From assembly GCF_006345805.1 (NCBI RefSeq), contig NW_021832301.1, positions 1 through 31,380 on the forward strand: 31,380 nucleotides of DNA. The letters run 5' to 3'. Source of the stretch: Octopus sinensis. Its lineage: Eukaryota. This document shows positions 10,975-22,013 of this stretch, piece by piece. Under the pieces are notes generated by a model that worked only from the letters and a program-made list of their open reading frames with translations, was not told the DNA's origin and did not search any database. Made by a program: the position numbers and the translations under genes. Numbering within the stretch: the first letter of the stretch is position 1; the number at the start of each line of letters is the position of its first letter.

Positions 10975-11292
10975 GCAGCACCTCAAAGAATTTATGTCAA
11001 ATGAATCGACTCCAGTATTTATTTCTTTTTAAAGCTTGGTATTTATTGTGAATTTTATTTTGCTGAACCGCTAAGTTACAGGGACATAAACATACAAACA
11101 CCGGTTGTTAAGCAGTGATGGGGGACAAATACATGTGCATGCACACACGCACAGGGTTTCCGTTCACCAAATCCACTCACAAGACTTTAGTCGGACCGAA
11201 GCTGTAGTAGAAGACACTTGCCCAAGGTGCCATGCAATGGGACTGAACCTAGAACTATGTGGTTTCGAAGCAAACTTCTTATCACACACCAC
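10975..11292 (-). mobile_element. SINE family 1, reverse copy
   Basis: tgctgaaccgctaagttacagggac...tttccgttcaccaaatccactcacaag...gacacttgcccaaggtgccatgcaatgggactgaacc. Confidence 0.8.
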
Positions 11293-12179
11293 CCCTGCAC
11301 ACACTTTGTAATACATAAGATCATTGTGCCCTTGCCTTTGATTGTTCTTGTCCCAGTTACTTTCATTTAAAATGTGTCCCATTATCATGAGACGTCCTGT
11401 ATAATTACATGTGATGTGTAAATGACTAATATCTATAAATTTTATGGCCTCTACTTTAACATCTCTATGAACATGGTCACTTATGAAAATAATCAAAATT
11501 TCAGAACAACAAACTAGAAAGGTATTGCTTTTCATTAATGGTGCATTAGTTTATTTCAGTTTATATGAAATAATTAGAAATTAATTAAAGAATATTAGGT
11601 ACCAGTTCTGATATCTAATTATTGCTTCCTGATAAATTTTAATTTTTAATAAATTAATGTTATCGATTATACATTTAGGATTTCACTTGTTTCACTTGTC
11701 AATTATTTAATTTCGCACAGTTCAGCTTGTCGGCACTGTATTGTAAAAGATTTGGCATTCTGGTTTGTGTGATTGTGTATACATAGACATTCACATATTC
11801 CTGCTATTTTAGAAATTTTCTCAAGTGTTTCAGTCGTTCTGGAACAAAAAAATCAAATCGAATTATAAAGAATTAAAATGTTTATCTCACCAGCCAAATT
11901 ACAATGGAAAATTCACCTTAAACTCTTAATTTTATTTGACATTTTATCTCCTTTATATCTTGCACTCAACGATCATCATCCATCATGCAAACCTTTAAGA
12001 TAACTCTCTCCATCCATTTGTATATCTCTTGATTATATGAGAAAAACAACTACAACAGCTCCAAAAAACATGTAGCGACTCTCATGCAACCAGATGAAGT
12101 TATATTTGTCTATTTATTATCATCGTTTTGGTGGGTCTATATCAGAATGGTTCTTCCCAACCATGCAGTGATATGTTAG

Positions 12180-14159
12180 CCCTTTCGCTACTATATTTCT
12201 AATCAAAATACACATTTTATGTGTTTCAATTAAATTCTAATATAATCGTGAATTTCGACTGGTTTCATACAATTTTTACTTTTTTATATTCATCAACATT
12301 TCATTGTAATTTTTGGATCACAAATTAACAAGAGGTTCTTAAATTTATTGCATAATTTTTGTCGCAAAACGACTCATAATTACTGGAAAATTCAGCTTAA
12401 TATAAAATTATTTTAATTTTATTTAAACATCAAAGAAAATGAGTTACTAGCTAATATTCAAATGAGTATACAGCAAAATTTTAAAATCGATGAATTGTGC
12501 ACATTACTGAATTATCATTTGAACTTAAATCCATATAAGACGGGTGTAGTAATAAAAGTAAAAATAGAATGAAATACTGGAATTTATGTTTGAAGATAAC
12601 TAGAAAATGAAATACGCTTACCAGTAACTTAATAAAATAAACCTATACACATACATAAAAGCGCAGAAATTATTCATAATACAAAATGATCAAAATTTGT
12701 CATTCACATTACAAGTAAATAAGAATTAAGAGGTAAATTTTAAGAAAATTTTAATAAAATCAGATAGTATGTATATAAATCACACAATATTTCCATGATG
12801 GTAACTTGTAAAGCATCCCACTCTACGTAATGCAAGCTTGCAGGATGCACATTGGAACTTTTCTTTCTTTAATGAAGACATTCACGGCATTGCCTTTTGC
12901 GACTCTAATTTATGGAGGTCGGCTGAATTCAGAGGGATATCCCTCTAGTAGGCTCTAGGTTTTCTCCGAACAACTATCTTTTGGAAGAAAAACCAGCTCT
13001 TAACTGCGATGCTACATCTGCCTGGAACTACAGATGCTCGCATTGCTTTCAAGCCCCTCTTAATTTGATGCTCATTTACTATAAACCAAACCAGGTACTG
13101 CCAACATCTATTATTCAGCTGATAGACCAGGTTATAGCTCATCATCTGATTCAGCCAATCTACACTACCCATGTACTTGTCATAATCAAGGAGCACAAAT
13201 GAGGTGCCATTTTCATCCACATGTGGTTGCGCACAAATTGAACAAAAATTAATTTGCCTCTTATGTCTGTTTGCGTTCGCTAGCAAGTTTCCTTTCTGCC
13301 GTTGAATTATTTCACCTCTTTTTGTTGCTTTTCTTTTAGTATCCAACAGCATCCCTTTCCTGCTACTGTAGCACTTGTATATGTTGCCACAGTTTCTAAA
13401 ACTATCGCAAGTTTTTCCGATCTGAAAATCCAGTGAAAAAATATTCGTCACGGGTTACACTATAGGAGTGATAAATTCCGTTCTACATCGCACCTAGGCC
13501 ATCCTGGCTTACATTATTTTTTGTTTTCCCTGTATTAAAATTGAATCCACAAATCGTTCAAACTTCGATTCCCCATTTTGTAGGATTTCCTAGCATATAC
13601 TGTCAGGAACGTACTCTACCTTTGTATACCACCATACTCTCATCATTGGGCAAGTATCTTGCTGGATTATAAAAAGTATTTTTATAAGCGTTCTGAAAGT
13701 AGTCGATAAAGGGCCTTACTTTTAAATAAGGAATCAAGTTTAGTTCTCTATGTACAAGTGTACTGCTAGTGTTTCTTACATGTAGGTATCGTGATAGTTA
13801 AAAAAAATTTGTCTGTGTCATGATACTGGAAACCTATTGGTATCCAAAATGTTCATTAAATATTTATGATTGTATATAAATTCCTTAGTTACTATAATTT
13901 ATTAATTTCTTTTGCATATTCTTAGTTTATGCATCTGTGTGCAAATATAGTATTGGTATATCCCATTTATGTTCATTAGAAATTAAATAAAGAATTTTGA
14001 CTTGTACGAATATTTATTTCTCTCCACTGTATTTGTTTTTGTCGAAAGCAGTTAAAATTCAAAAATTAATGAAGCGCACTCCCTGCAGGGGGTGTTTCTA
14101 CACAAAAGTACTATTTGCACAGTCCAGACAATATCAGAAATGCAATGGTAACAATAGAA
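12180..14159 (-). mobile_element. Decayed piggyBac DNA transposon (element ends approximate)
   Basis: Left terminus ttag|ccctttcgctactatatttct; a weak inverted counterpart near 14133-14159; transposase remnants inside. Confidence 0.6.
12790..13700 (-). pseudogene. piggyBac DDD transposase pseudogene
   Basis: Minus-strand motifs in the expected order: NDESMVVYKGR..*QYMLGNPTKWGIEV (13560-13650), KRGEIIQRQKGNLL, DYDKYMGSVDWLNQMMSY....RCWQYLVWF, and a C-terminal Cys-rich RKRQCREC / CASCKLAL...CFTSYH (12795-12900). Multiple stops and frameshifts. Confidence 0.85.
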
Positions 14160-14253
14160 ATGAAAAGACGGGGTCTTAGAAGGCCGAAACGTTTAGAAAC
14201 ACTTTTTCAACTTACGGATTACCAAATTTCCATGACTTCAGAGTATTGCGGCA

Positions 14254-14264
14254 TACTACTACTA

Positions 14265-14297
<33 letters not shown>

Positions 14298-14335
14298 TTA
14301 CTATTACTACTACTACTACTACTACTACTACTACA

Positions 14336-14371
<36 letters not shown>
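14254..14371. repeat. Compound microsatellite (ACT)n(AAT)n
   Basis: Directly visible. Confidence 0.95.
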
Positions 14372-14372
<1 letters not shown>

Positions 14373-14398
14373 GAGATACCAGGAAACACCAAAGTGGC

Positions 14399-15753
14399 AA
14401 AAATTTTGATGGAAATTTTCAAAAAATTTTCAAAAAAATTTTCCAAAATTTTGAGGAAAATTTTCAAAAAACATTTCCGGAAATTGCCGGAAATTACCGG
14501 AGTTTGCCGGAAATTGTCGGAGATTACCGAAATTTGCTGGAGATATCCGGAGAAATCCGGACATACCTAGAGTTTTCAAAAACTTTTGGGGAAAATTTTC
14601 AAAAACTTTTTCTAAATATTTGGGGAAAATTTTGAAAAAATTTTTCTAACATTTTTGTGGAAAATTTTCAAAAGATCTTTCTAAAATTTTGGGGAAAATT
14701 TTTCAAAAAATTTTTCAAAAACTTTTGGGGAAAATTTTCGAAAAATTATTCAAAAATTTTGGGGAAAATTTTCAAAAAATTTTTGAGGAAAACCTTCAAA
14801 CAATTTTTCTAAAATTTCTGGGGAAAATTTTCAAAAAATTTTTCAAAAAGTTTTAGGGAAAATTTTCATAATAGTTTTCCAAAATATTTGTGGAACATTT
14901 TCAAAAAATTTTTCTAAAATTTTGTGGAAAATTTTCAAAAACTTTTTCAAAAAATTTTGGGCAACATTTTCAAAACATTTTTCTAAAATTCTGTGGAAAA
15001 TTTTCAAAAAATTTTCTAAAATTTTGGGGGAAAATTTTCAAAAGATCTTTCTAAAATTTTTGAGGAAAATTTTCAAAAAATTTTTCAAAAATTTTTGAGG
15101 AAAATTTTCAAACAATTTTTCTAAAATTTTGGGGGAAAATTTTCAAACAATATTTATAAAATTTTTCGGGAAAATTTTCAAAAAGTTTTAGGGAAAATTT
15201 TCATAATATTTTTCAAAAATTTTTCTAAAATTTTCAAAAAATTTTTCTAAAATTTTGTGGAAAATTTTCAAAAAATTTTCTAAAATTTTGGGGGAAAATT
15301 TTTTAAAAAATTTTTCTAAAATTTTGGGGGAAAATTTCCAAAAAATCGTCAAAAAATTTTTGAAAAATTTTTAAGGAAAATTTTCAAAAAGTTTTCGGAA
15401 ATTTTGGGGAAAATTCTCAGAAAATTTTCGAAAAAGTTTTCTAAAATTTTGGGGTAAGTTTTCAAAACATTTTTCTAACATTTTGGGGAAAATTTTCAAA
15501 AAATTTTTCGAAAACTTTTTGGGGAAAATTTTCAAAAAATTTTTCTAAAATTTGGGGGAAAATTTTCAAAAGATCTTCAAAAAATTTTGGGGAAAATTTT
15601 TCGAAAAATTTTTGGGGAAAATTTTCAAAAAATTTTTCAAAAATTTTTGGGGAAAATTTTCAAAAAGTTTATCTAAAATTTGGGGGAAAATGTTTGAAAA
15701 ATTTTTTGAAGATTTTTTGAAAATTTTCCCCAAAATTTTAGAAAAATATTTTG
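14399..15753. repeat. Degenerate tandem array, ~33-35-bp unit ggggaaaattttcaaaaaatttttctaaaatttt, with a ccggaaatt variant block at 14477-14561
   Basis: Directly visible; each unit is about three A-tract/T-tract subunits of ~11 bp. Confidence 0.9.
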
Positions 15754-16621
15754 ACCGAAGCCAGCCGCTCTGATGACAGCCAAGTATCGATGGTCTACCC
15801 TATCGAAAGCTTTCGATTGATCCAAATTGATCAGCGCCCCACCCATGCCAGGTTCGTTAACTACCCTGTCTATGATGTAGCGCATCAGGTGGAGGTTGTC
15901 ATGGATGGTCCGGCCCGGACGGCGCACATTTGCGCCTTGTCGACCAGTTTCTCGATGACAAGCGCTAACCTCTTGGCTAACACCTTGGCCAAAATTTTCA
16001 AGTCTGCATTAAGCAGAGTGATGGGCCTAAAGTTATCTATTACATTTCCCTTGTTTAGATCTTTCTTCAGCAGTGTTACGGCTCCTCGGCTCACAAAATC
16101 AGGAATGCTCCCGTTTTGCTGCCAGTTGCAGTACACCGCTGCCAAGACGTCTCCAAACAAGTCTAGCATATAGCTGTAAAGCTCGTAGGGTAGACCATCC
16201 AAACCCGGCGATTTGTCCCTCAAGCATTCTGCCATCGCGTCCCGCACTTCCGCCGCCGTAATGGTACCTTCGCAGCGCCCTGCCTCTCTTGTTGAGAATC
16301 GTGGTAGGCTGTGTAGGTAGGCACTGAAGTCCACCCTACCTGCTTGCCCGCCACTCGTCCCGAACAGTCGGGCAAACTGCTGTTGAAAGGCCTCACACAT
16401 TTTACTTGGCTCGAGCAATTCACGTCCCTGTTCATCTACCAGAGACCGAATGGTGGCTTTGTTGCTCTGTTGCGCCTCTGCCAAAAGGGCAACAGATTGT
16501 GGAGTCTGGTCTCACTTATGGCTATGATTTCTAACTTGTGTGACTTTATGTCATTTAAGAGGTACCCTTGTTTCCAAGGGGACCCCAAACCACGCGCATT
16601 TACACAACCAATCTTGATCAT
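15752..16621 (-). pseudogene. LINE ORF2 remnant: APE endonuclease N-terminus fused by deletion to the RT N-terminal half
   Basis: MIKIGCVNARGL...IIAISET (endonuclease motifs I-II), a jump at ~16490, then KSPGLDGLPYELY, NFRPITLLNADLKILAKVLAKRL, a frameshift at ~15920, PGRTIHDNL, and LDQSKAFDRVDH. Ends before the YADD motif. Confidence 0.88.
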
Positions 16622-16780
16622 AATCCTAATGAATTAGAATACAAGTGAAAGGAACAGAGGGTTACTTACTGCTTGAAAGTTTTTGCTTTCTCTTCCTTTA
16701 GTTTGTCCTCGAGGAGATCCCAGTAAAGTTTCTTTGTGAGGTATTTTTGGCATTTGCCAACCGCACTGGGAAAATGCCTT

Positions 16781-18350
16781 TTAGTGTGTGGTGCAGACTT
16801 CTGGAGATATGTAATATTTTGATGTGGTCTGATGGTGTTGTGTATGGGTGATTGTTTTTATGTCATCTTCTGTTATGTTTGTTTTTGATTTGATGTATTC
16901 CATCAAATTTGTGTTTTTGGTGTCTAGAGCTGTGAGCATGTTTGCTGTATATATTTTTGTGGTGTTGGTGTGGCTGTTGTTTGTGTTGGGTTTTGAAATG
17001 TCTTCGGGAGATGTATTTCCCCCTGCTTTGTTTGTGTTTGCATTTGGTTTGGTTGTGTTTCTGCTCTTTATTTTCCTTCCTTTTCTAGCTATTTGCCATT
17101 CCTCGCTGGTTTCGTCTTCTGACGAATTTTCTGAGGAATCAGTAGGGGGTAGGGTTATGTTGTAGGCTTCTATGTATGTCTGTGTAAGTGGTTGTGCTGT
17201 TGTTTTCGTTGCAGTTGGTTGTTGAATGTTTGTGTGTGGTGAGTGCGGTATAAGGGATGGGGAATCAGTTTTTGTATATTTTCTTTGTTTTTCTGTTCCT
17301 TTGGTTCTTGCTGTTGTTGGTAGTGTTGGTATTTTCTCAGGTGTTGAATAATTTTTGGTTGTTGACGGATTAGCTTGGTGTACTTCTCTTGTCTTCTGTG
17401 TTGACGGTGGTGTGGGTAGTAGAGCTTTTTTCTCGGAGTGTTTTGGTTGTGGTAGTGGTTGTTGTTGTTGCTCTTGGTGTGCAGTGGTTGGGCACTTCTT
17501 TTTCAAGTGTGTTTCGCTTCCACACAAATAGCAACGTGGTCGCCTACCCTCTACCACTACATAGAGTTTGTAGCCTTCTGGCAGTTCTATAGTGGTGGGT
17601 ATCTTTTCTCTTGTTGTTTCATCCAATTGAAGAAGGAATTGGATTGATTTTCCCACCCAGTTTTTCTGTCCTAGAACAGCGATTTCAAGGATGATTGTCT
17701 CTGCCATTGTCTCAGCCATTTCAAAGCAGATGGCAGAGACTAACCATTGTATTTCGAGTTCAGGTGGTACATTTTTTTATTTGGACTTTCGTCACCCTCT
17801 GGTTTAAATAGATTGGTATCATTACCAAGTCGTCTGAATGCAGCTCCAATGTGGAAAATCGTTTTGCTAGATTTTCGTTGAGGAAACGTATTTGGACTGT
17901 GCCAAATTTATTTCCCCAACTGATATACTCCTTAGAGTCCCATGCAGGACGATGGCATTTTTCAATTTTTTCCTTCGGTGCATTTTCTGGTCGTCTTGTT
18001 TTCTTGTTGATGACTTTGTAGATTATTGTTTTTTTGTGTGTGTTTTCCACGATATGTTGTGGAATGTGAAGATGCAATTTGTCTCCTTCTTTGGTGAAGA
18101 GTACTTTTGTGAGGTTTATTTCCTGTGTGGTGAATTTTACGATTGTTCGTTTTTGTTTTGTCGCATCCGCGAAATTCGTTTTAATTTTGACGGTGATAGC
18201 AGCAGAAGAGTTAGTTGTAGCAGTCGAAGTCGTGGTAGTGGTGTTGGTGTTGGCGGTGTTGTCTTTGGTAGACGGCTTTGTGCTGATTTCGTTGTTGTTG
18301 TTGGTAGTGATGGTGGTGGTGCTGGCATTCATGTTTGCGTCTGTATTCAT
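16781..18350 (-). pseudogene. LINE ORF1 (gag-like, CX2CX4HX4C zinc knuckle), split by one extra A in an A7 run at 17772-17778
   Basis: ORFs 17760-18350 and 16781-17719 join as KVQIK-NVPPELEIQWLVSAICFEMAET if one A is removed; VVVEGRRPRCYLCGSETHLKKKCP is an L1/Tx1-type knuckle. Confidence 0.8.
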
Positions 18351-18817
18351 TTTTGAAATCCCATTCTCCGTCTTTTTTTCATCGACAAGTGGTGTAGGGA
18401 GTGGGGGAAAATTTAAGTTAATGTCTTTGGGCGCGGCGATGGTGAATGGTCTTGCGACGTTAGTTTTGTTGTTGTTGGTGGTGGTGAGTGGTGGTGGTGA
18501 CAGCGGTGTTCAAGCTGCGAGGTTTAGCAGCTAGTGGTAGAATAGTGTTTCGCTACCGTTCCGCATGACTGGCGGGCTAGCCACGTGGTTTCTAGTTGCC
18601 ATTTTCAAAATGAAAAATGGCTAAAAGGAACCCACGAAAGTTCTGAAAGTTTTTGATAATTTCGTCCATACAGGGGAATTCTACGTGAATAATTCTCAGG
18701 TTTTTTCGTGAATGAACTTGCACAACGATTAAAAAAAATATTTGACAAGGAGTTTTAAACATGTAAAAGTGGCCAACTTACGTGGAGCCCATTTGACTAG
18801 CGTCCGTCCATGTCGAG

Positions 18818-18898
<81 letters not shown>
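18818..18898. repeat. (TAGA/GATA)20 microsatellite
   Basis: Perfect tetranucleotide run. Confidence 0.95.
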
Positions 18899-18899
<1 letters not shown>

Positions 18900-19061
18900 T
18901 GGCAATTATCCCACTAATTGCATTTTATCTCCATTTTGCGCCTCCCCATCCTGCCCCGCAATCGTAATCCCGGATCCCACACCGACACACACACACACAC
19001 ACACATATTAGTGTGTGATTGTGTGTGTGTAAACATGAATACTTATATACATATGCACATA

Positions 19062-19119
<58 letters not shown>

Positions 19120-19265
19120 TCAAATATATGTATCTACATATACAAAACACACACACACACAAACAAACTAAATTATTTTATTCCATTCCATAATTTACTT
19201 TTACCTTAAAAGCGTCGAATGATTATTCAAAGTTTAAAACATGAGTCATAACTTCATTGGTGATA

Positions 19266-19659
19266 TCTTATATATAAAAGTGAGGTTGTGTGCTGTCTGT
19301 CTCCTACAATTTAGATTCCTAACTACTCCCACATTTTGCGGTGCAGTTTAACCAAAACCGGGTATCTTATAGACGTGATTCCTATCGAGCCCTTCTGGGT
19401 ATTAGCGCGCGTCTACGATGAGTCTACGATTTTAAAAATATTTACCATCAATTTTTCCCATTTTTAATGCATTTTTGGCATATATAAGGGAAGTAACTCT
19501 CTAAAAATTTATTAAATCTCAGAACGTAAAAAGCTACAGTAACACCCCCCCCCCTTTGTGGTTAGCCATATTGAGATGGCTATTATACTTTACATCTCTA
19601 AAAATGCTTATATAGTTATTTTCCTTACAAACCCGAGCAACGCCGGGCGATACTGCTAG
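19266..19659 (+). mobile_element. Non-autonomous Helitron (~394 bp)
   Basis: A|TC start (tcttatatataaaa), subterminal hairpin cccgagcaacgccggg at 19632-19647, CTAG|T end; second copy at 30837-31212. Confidence 0.85.
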
Positions 19660-20457
19660 TTCTCAATAAAAGAAGATTTTAAAAAATAGTTTCAGATATG
19701 GGACATAAGAGTCTTTCAAATTAGCTGTAATATTTCTAATAAAGAACCACATCCTCACCAAAAAAAAGCAATTTGGGACAATAAAATATTATTTATTCCC
19801 AGAAATTAATGATTATTATGTAATTTATTATGTTTCGTTTCGTAATATTCGGTGAAAATTAATTTTAAATGCGTTCTGGAATTTACCGCTCCATTCCAAA
19901 ATGAAAACTCCAGCCTAACTAGATAGACTTAATTTCAAAACTAAAAGCATTTCACAATAAATATAAATTTATGACGCGCGTGTTGGGGTGGAGGTGAATG
20001 TCTAAACAGTCGGATGAAGGTAAGCCGGCCGAAGCTGGACATTATGAACAGAAGATCCCTCAAGAGCAACAAAGAGTCAGTTGAGAAAGCGTGTAAATAA
20101 TTCTAATTGAAAAGAGGAGGTTGTGAACAATGAAGTCAGAAAAAATTCCGCCTTGTCTCAAACCTGGGCTGGACAAACCTAGGTAAGGTTGCCTGAATGA
20201 AGGTATATTTTGTAAGACCCGATACAACCAGTAACCCCAAAATACAACACTGACGATGTATCCAAGTATTGCATCTGTAGATGTATATTGAACTAATACA
20301 CGTATTATGGAAAATGATATCCAACAAACAATCTGCAATGTTAGAAGAAAAATATATGTGCATCGTTTTTGTTTGCATCTATAACACAGTAAAACATTTT
20401 TTCTCTACGTATAATACTAGATCAATCATCCAAAAATTTAATTTCAGGTATCTTTGT

Positions 20458-20736
20458 TGTGGTGTCGGTGGAGAGAATGACAGAAAGGGGAGGGCGGAAG
20501 TAGGGCTTGCAGGGCGCATGCGCGGTAGGAAGCGGAAGCGGCGAGCGACGACGCACGTGTGGCATCGACGAGGGAGGAGTTGCAGCTGAGACGAAGAAGG
20601 TACAAGACGTATCGAGCTGGCTGAGAGAGATCTGAACTTCGCTGAGTTTTCGGTAGACTAATCTTCGCCGGGGTAAGGCCTGATTATATTTCCATTCTCC
20701 TTTTTTCTGTTGTCCTCTTTCATCGTTCACATCACA
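20458..20736 (+). repeat. 5' LTR (279 bp, TG...CA)
   Basis: tgtggtg...catcaca; six substitutions against the 3' LTR by my count, all transitions. Confidence 0.93.
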
Positions 20737-20741
20737 GGACA

Positions 20742-21668
20742 TTGTTCCTAGCCAGAAAAGTTGACTCCGACGTAACAAGACAGAGCGTGCAGAGAGTGGT
20801 TAGCAATTGTGACAGGTGCCAGTCCATCAACCCTGCTCCGGTCGTATATGAAGCGGGAAGTATTCCAGTGGACCAGGACTGGAAACGACTGGTGGTGGAC
20901 ATAACACACTACCGGCAGGGAACATACCTCTCAATGGTTGACTGCGGACCGGGGTGGTTGGCCATATGGAGGGAGATGAAGACGGGAACCGCAGAAGAAA
21001 TTGTGAAAGTGTTGAATGAGATATTCCTGGAACGAGGCCCCGTGGATGAACTGCTTCTGGACAATGGCACTGCATTTCGCTCGGATCTGCTGAAAGAAAT
21101 GCTTGATGAGTGGAAGGTCAACCGCTTCTTCAGGGCGGCATACCGGCCAAGTGGAAATGGGGTGGTGGAAAGGCATCATCGTACCATCAAGGCCATGGCA
21201 GAGAGGGGTCACATTTCACCAATCGAGGCCGTGTTTTGGTACAATATGTCGCCCAGATCAGGACAGGCTGAGGAGTCGGTGCCACACAGGGCAATATTCA
21301 GGTACGAGTGGAGGCATCCGTGTACTACATCAATGCGACCCGGAGCAGAGGAAGAGCACGCCTTCGTGCAGGTCGGGGAGGAAGTTTGGGTAAAACCTCC
21401 AAATGCACGGTGTACATCACAATGGGGAAAGGGGACAATAACCTCTGTAAATTCAAAGAATAACATCTCGGTCGATGTTTTGGATATACGGAGGATTGTC
21501 CATGCCTCAGAGGATGAGACCAGCAGCAGTGGGCAAGATGAAAACAACACCAGTAGACAGGATGGTGAGGCCAGCAGCAACATACCAGGAACAAGTCCTA
21601 GGGTCGCACTGCGACCACAGAGGGAACAGCACCTTCCTCCCTGGTTGGCTGATTATGAAACCAGTTAA
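20742..21668 (+). CDS. Retroelement integrase (rve core), N-terminally truncated but uninterrupted frame; the first codon is TTG, not a true ATG start
   Basis: CDRCQ (CC half of the HHCC finger), WKRLVVDIT, LLDNGTAF, AYRPSGNGVVERHHRTIK form a D-D35-E triad; VGEEVWVK...WGKG C-terminal module. Confidence 0.8.
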   Translation: MFLARKVDSDVTRQSVQRVVSNCDRCQSINPAPVVYEAGSIPVDQDWKRLVVDITHYRQGTYLSMVDCGPGWLAIWREMKTGTAEEIVKVLNEIFLERGPVDELLLDNGTAFRSDLLKEMLDEWKVNRFFRAAYRPSGNGVVERHHRTIKAMAERGHISPIEAVFWYNMSPRSGQAEESVPHRAIFRYEWRHPCTTSMRPGAEEEHAFVQVGEEVWVKPPNARCTSQWGKGTITSVNSKNNISVDVLDIRRIVHASEDETSSSGQDENNTSRQDGEASSNIPGTSPRVALRPQREQHLPPWLADYETS

Positions 21669-21734
21669 GGTGCGAGTTTGGGAGCGGGGAGCGAGTGAGA
21701 AAGCCGGTTCAGTGATCTGTAGATCAGGGGAGCG

Positions 21735-22013
21735 TGTGGTGTCGGTGGAGAGGATGACAGAAAGGGGAAGGCGGAAGTAGGGCTTGCAGGGCGCATGCGC
21801 GGTAGGAAGCGGAAGCGGCGAGCGACGACGCACGTGTGGCATCGACGAGGGAGGAGTTGCAGCTGAGACGAAGAAGGCACAAGACGTATCGAGCTGGCTG
21901 AGAGAGATCTGAACTTCGCTGAGTTTTCGGTAGACTAATCTTCGCCGAGGTAAGGCTTGATTATATTTCCATTCTCCTTTTTTCTGTTGTCCTCTTTCAT
22001 CGTTCACACCACA
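21735..22013 (+). repeat. 3' LTR (279 bp, TGTGGTG...CACCACA)
   Basis: Direct repeat of 20458-20736 with a perfect 7-bp terminal inverted repeat. Confidence 0.93.

Larger units (their letters stand above)
15752..18817 (-). mobile_element. L1/Tx1-clade non-LTR retrotransposon: 5' end apparently present, internal deletion in ORF2, 3' half missing
   Basis: Order on the minus strand is 5' UTR, ORF1 with a CCHC knuckle, ORF2 with an APE endonuclease N-terminus, then RT motifs. Confidence 0.85.
20458..22013 (+). mobile_element. Gypsy-type LTR retroelement derivative (LTR-integrase-PPT-LTR) with 5-bp TSD TTTGT
   Basis: LTRs at 20458-20736 and 21735-22013; TSD tttgt at 20453-20457 and 22014-22018; purine-rich agatcaggggagcg immediately before the 3' LTR. 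Confidence 0.93.

Noticed and set aside
14115-14635. Poly-L/I/T/N/S/V ORFs
   Set aside because: Translations of (ACT)n(AAT)n and the A/T array; no real coding signal.
14399-15753. CRISPR-like array (unit ~34 bp)
   Set aside because: No unique spacers, degenerate low-complexity units, no cas genes, and a eukaryotic context.
15770-15815. Plus-strand CTGATGA...GAAA hammerhead-like motif
   Set aside because: It lies antisense within RT coding sequence, and no helix starts directly after the CTGATGA core; probably coincidental.
16848-18534. Hydrophobic V/L/F-rich plus-strand ORFs resembling membrane proteins
   Set aside because: Antisense shadows of the T/N/K-rich LINE ORF1.
20422-22007. Duplicated minus-strand ORFs (20422-20778 and 21507-22007) as paralogous genes
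   Set aside because: They are antisense translations of the two LTRs.
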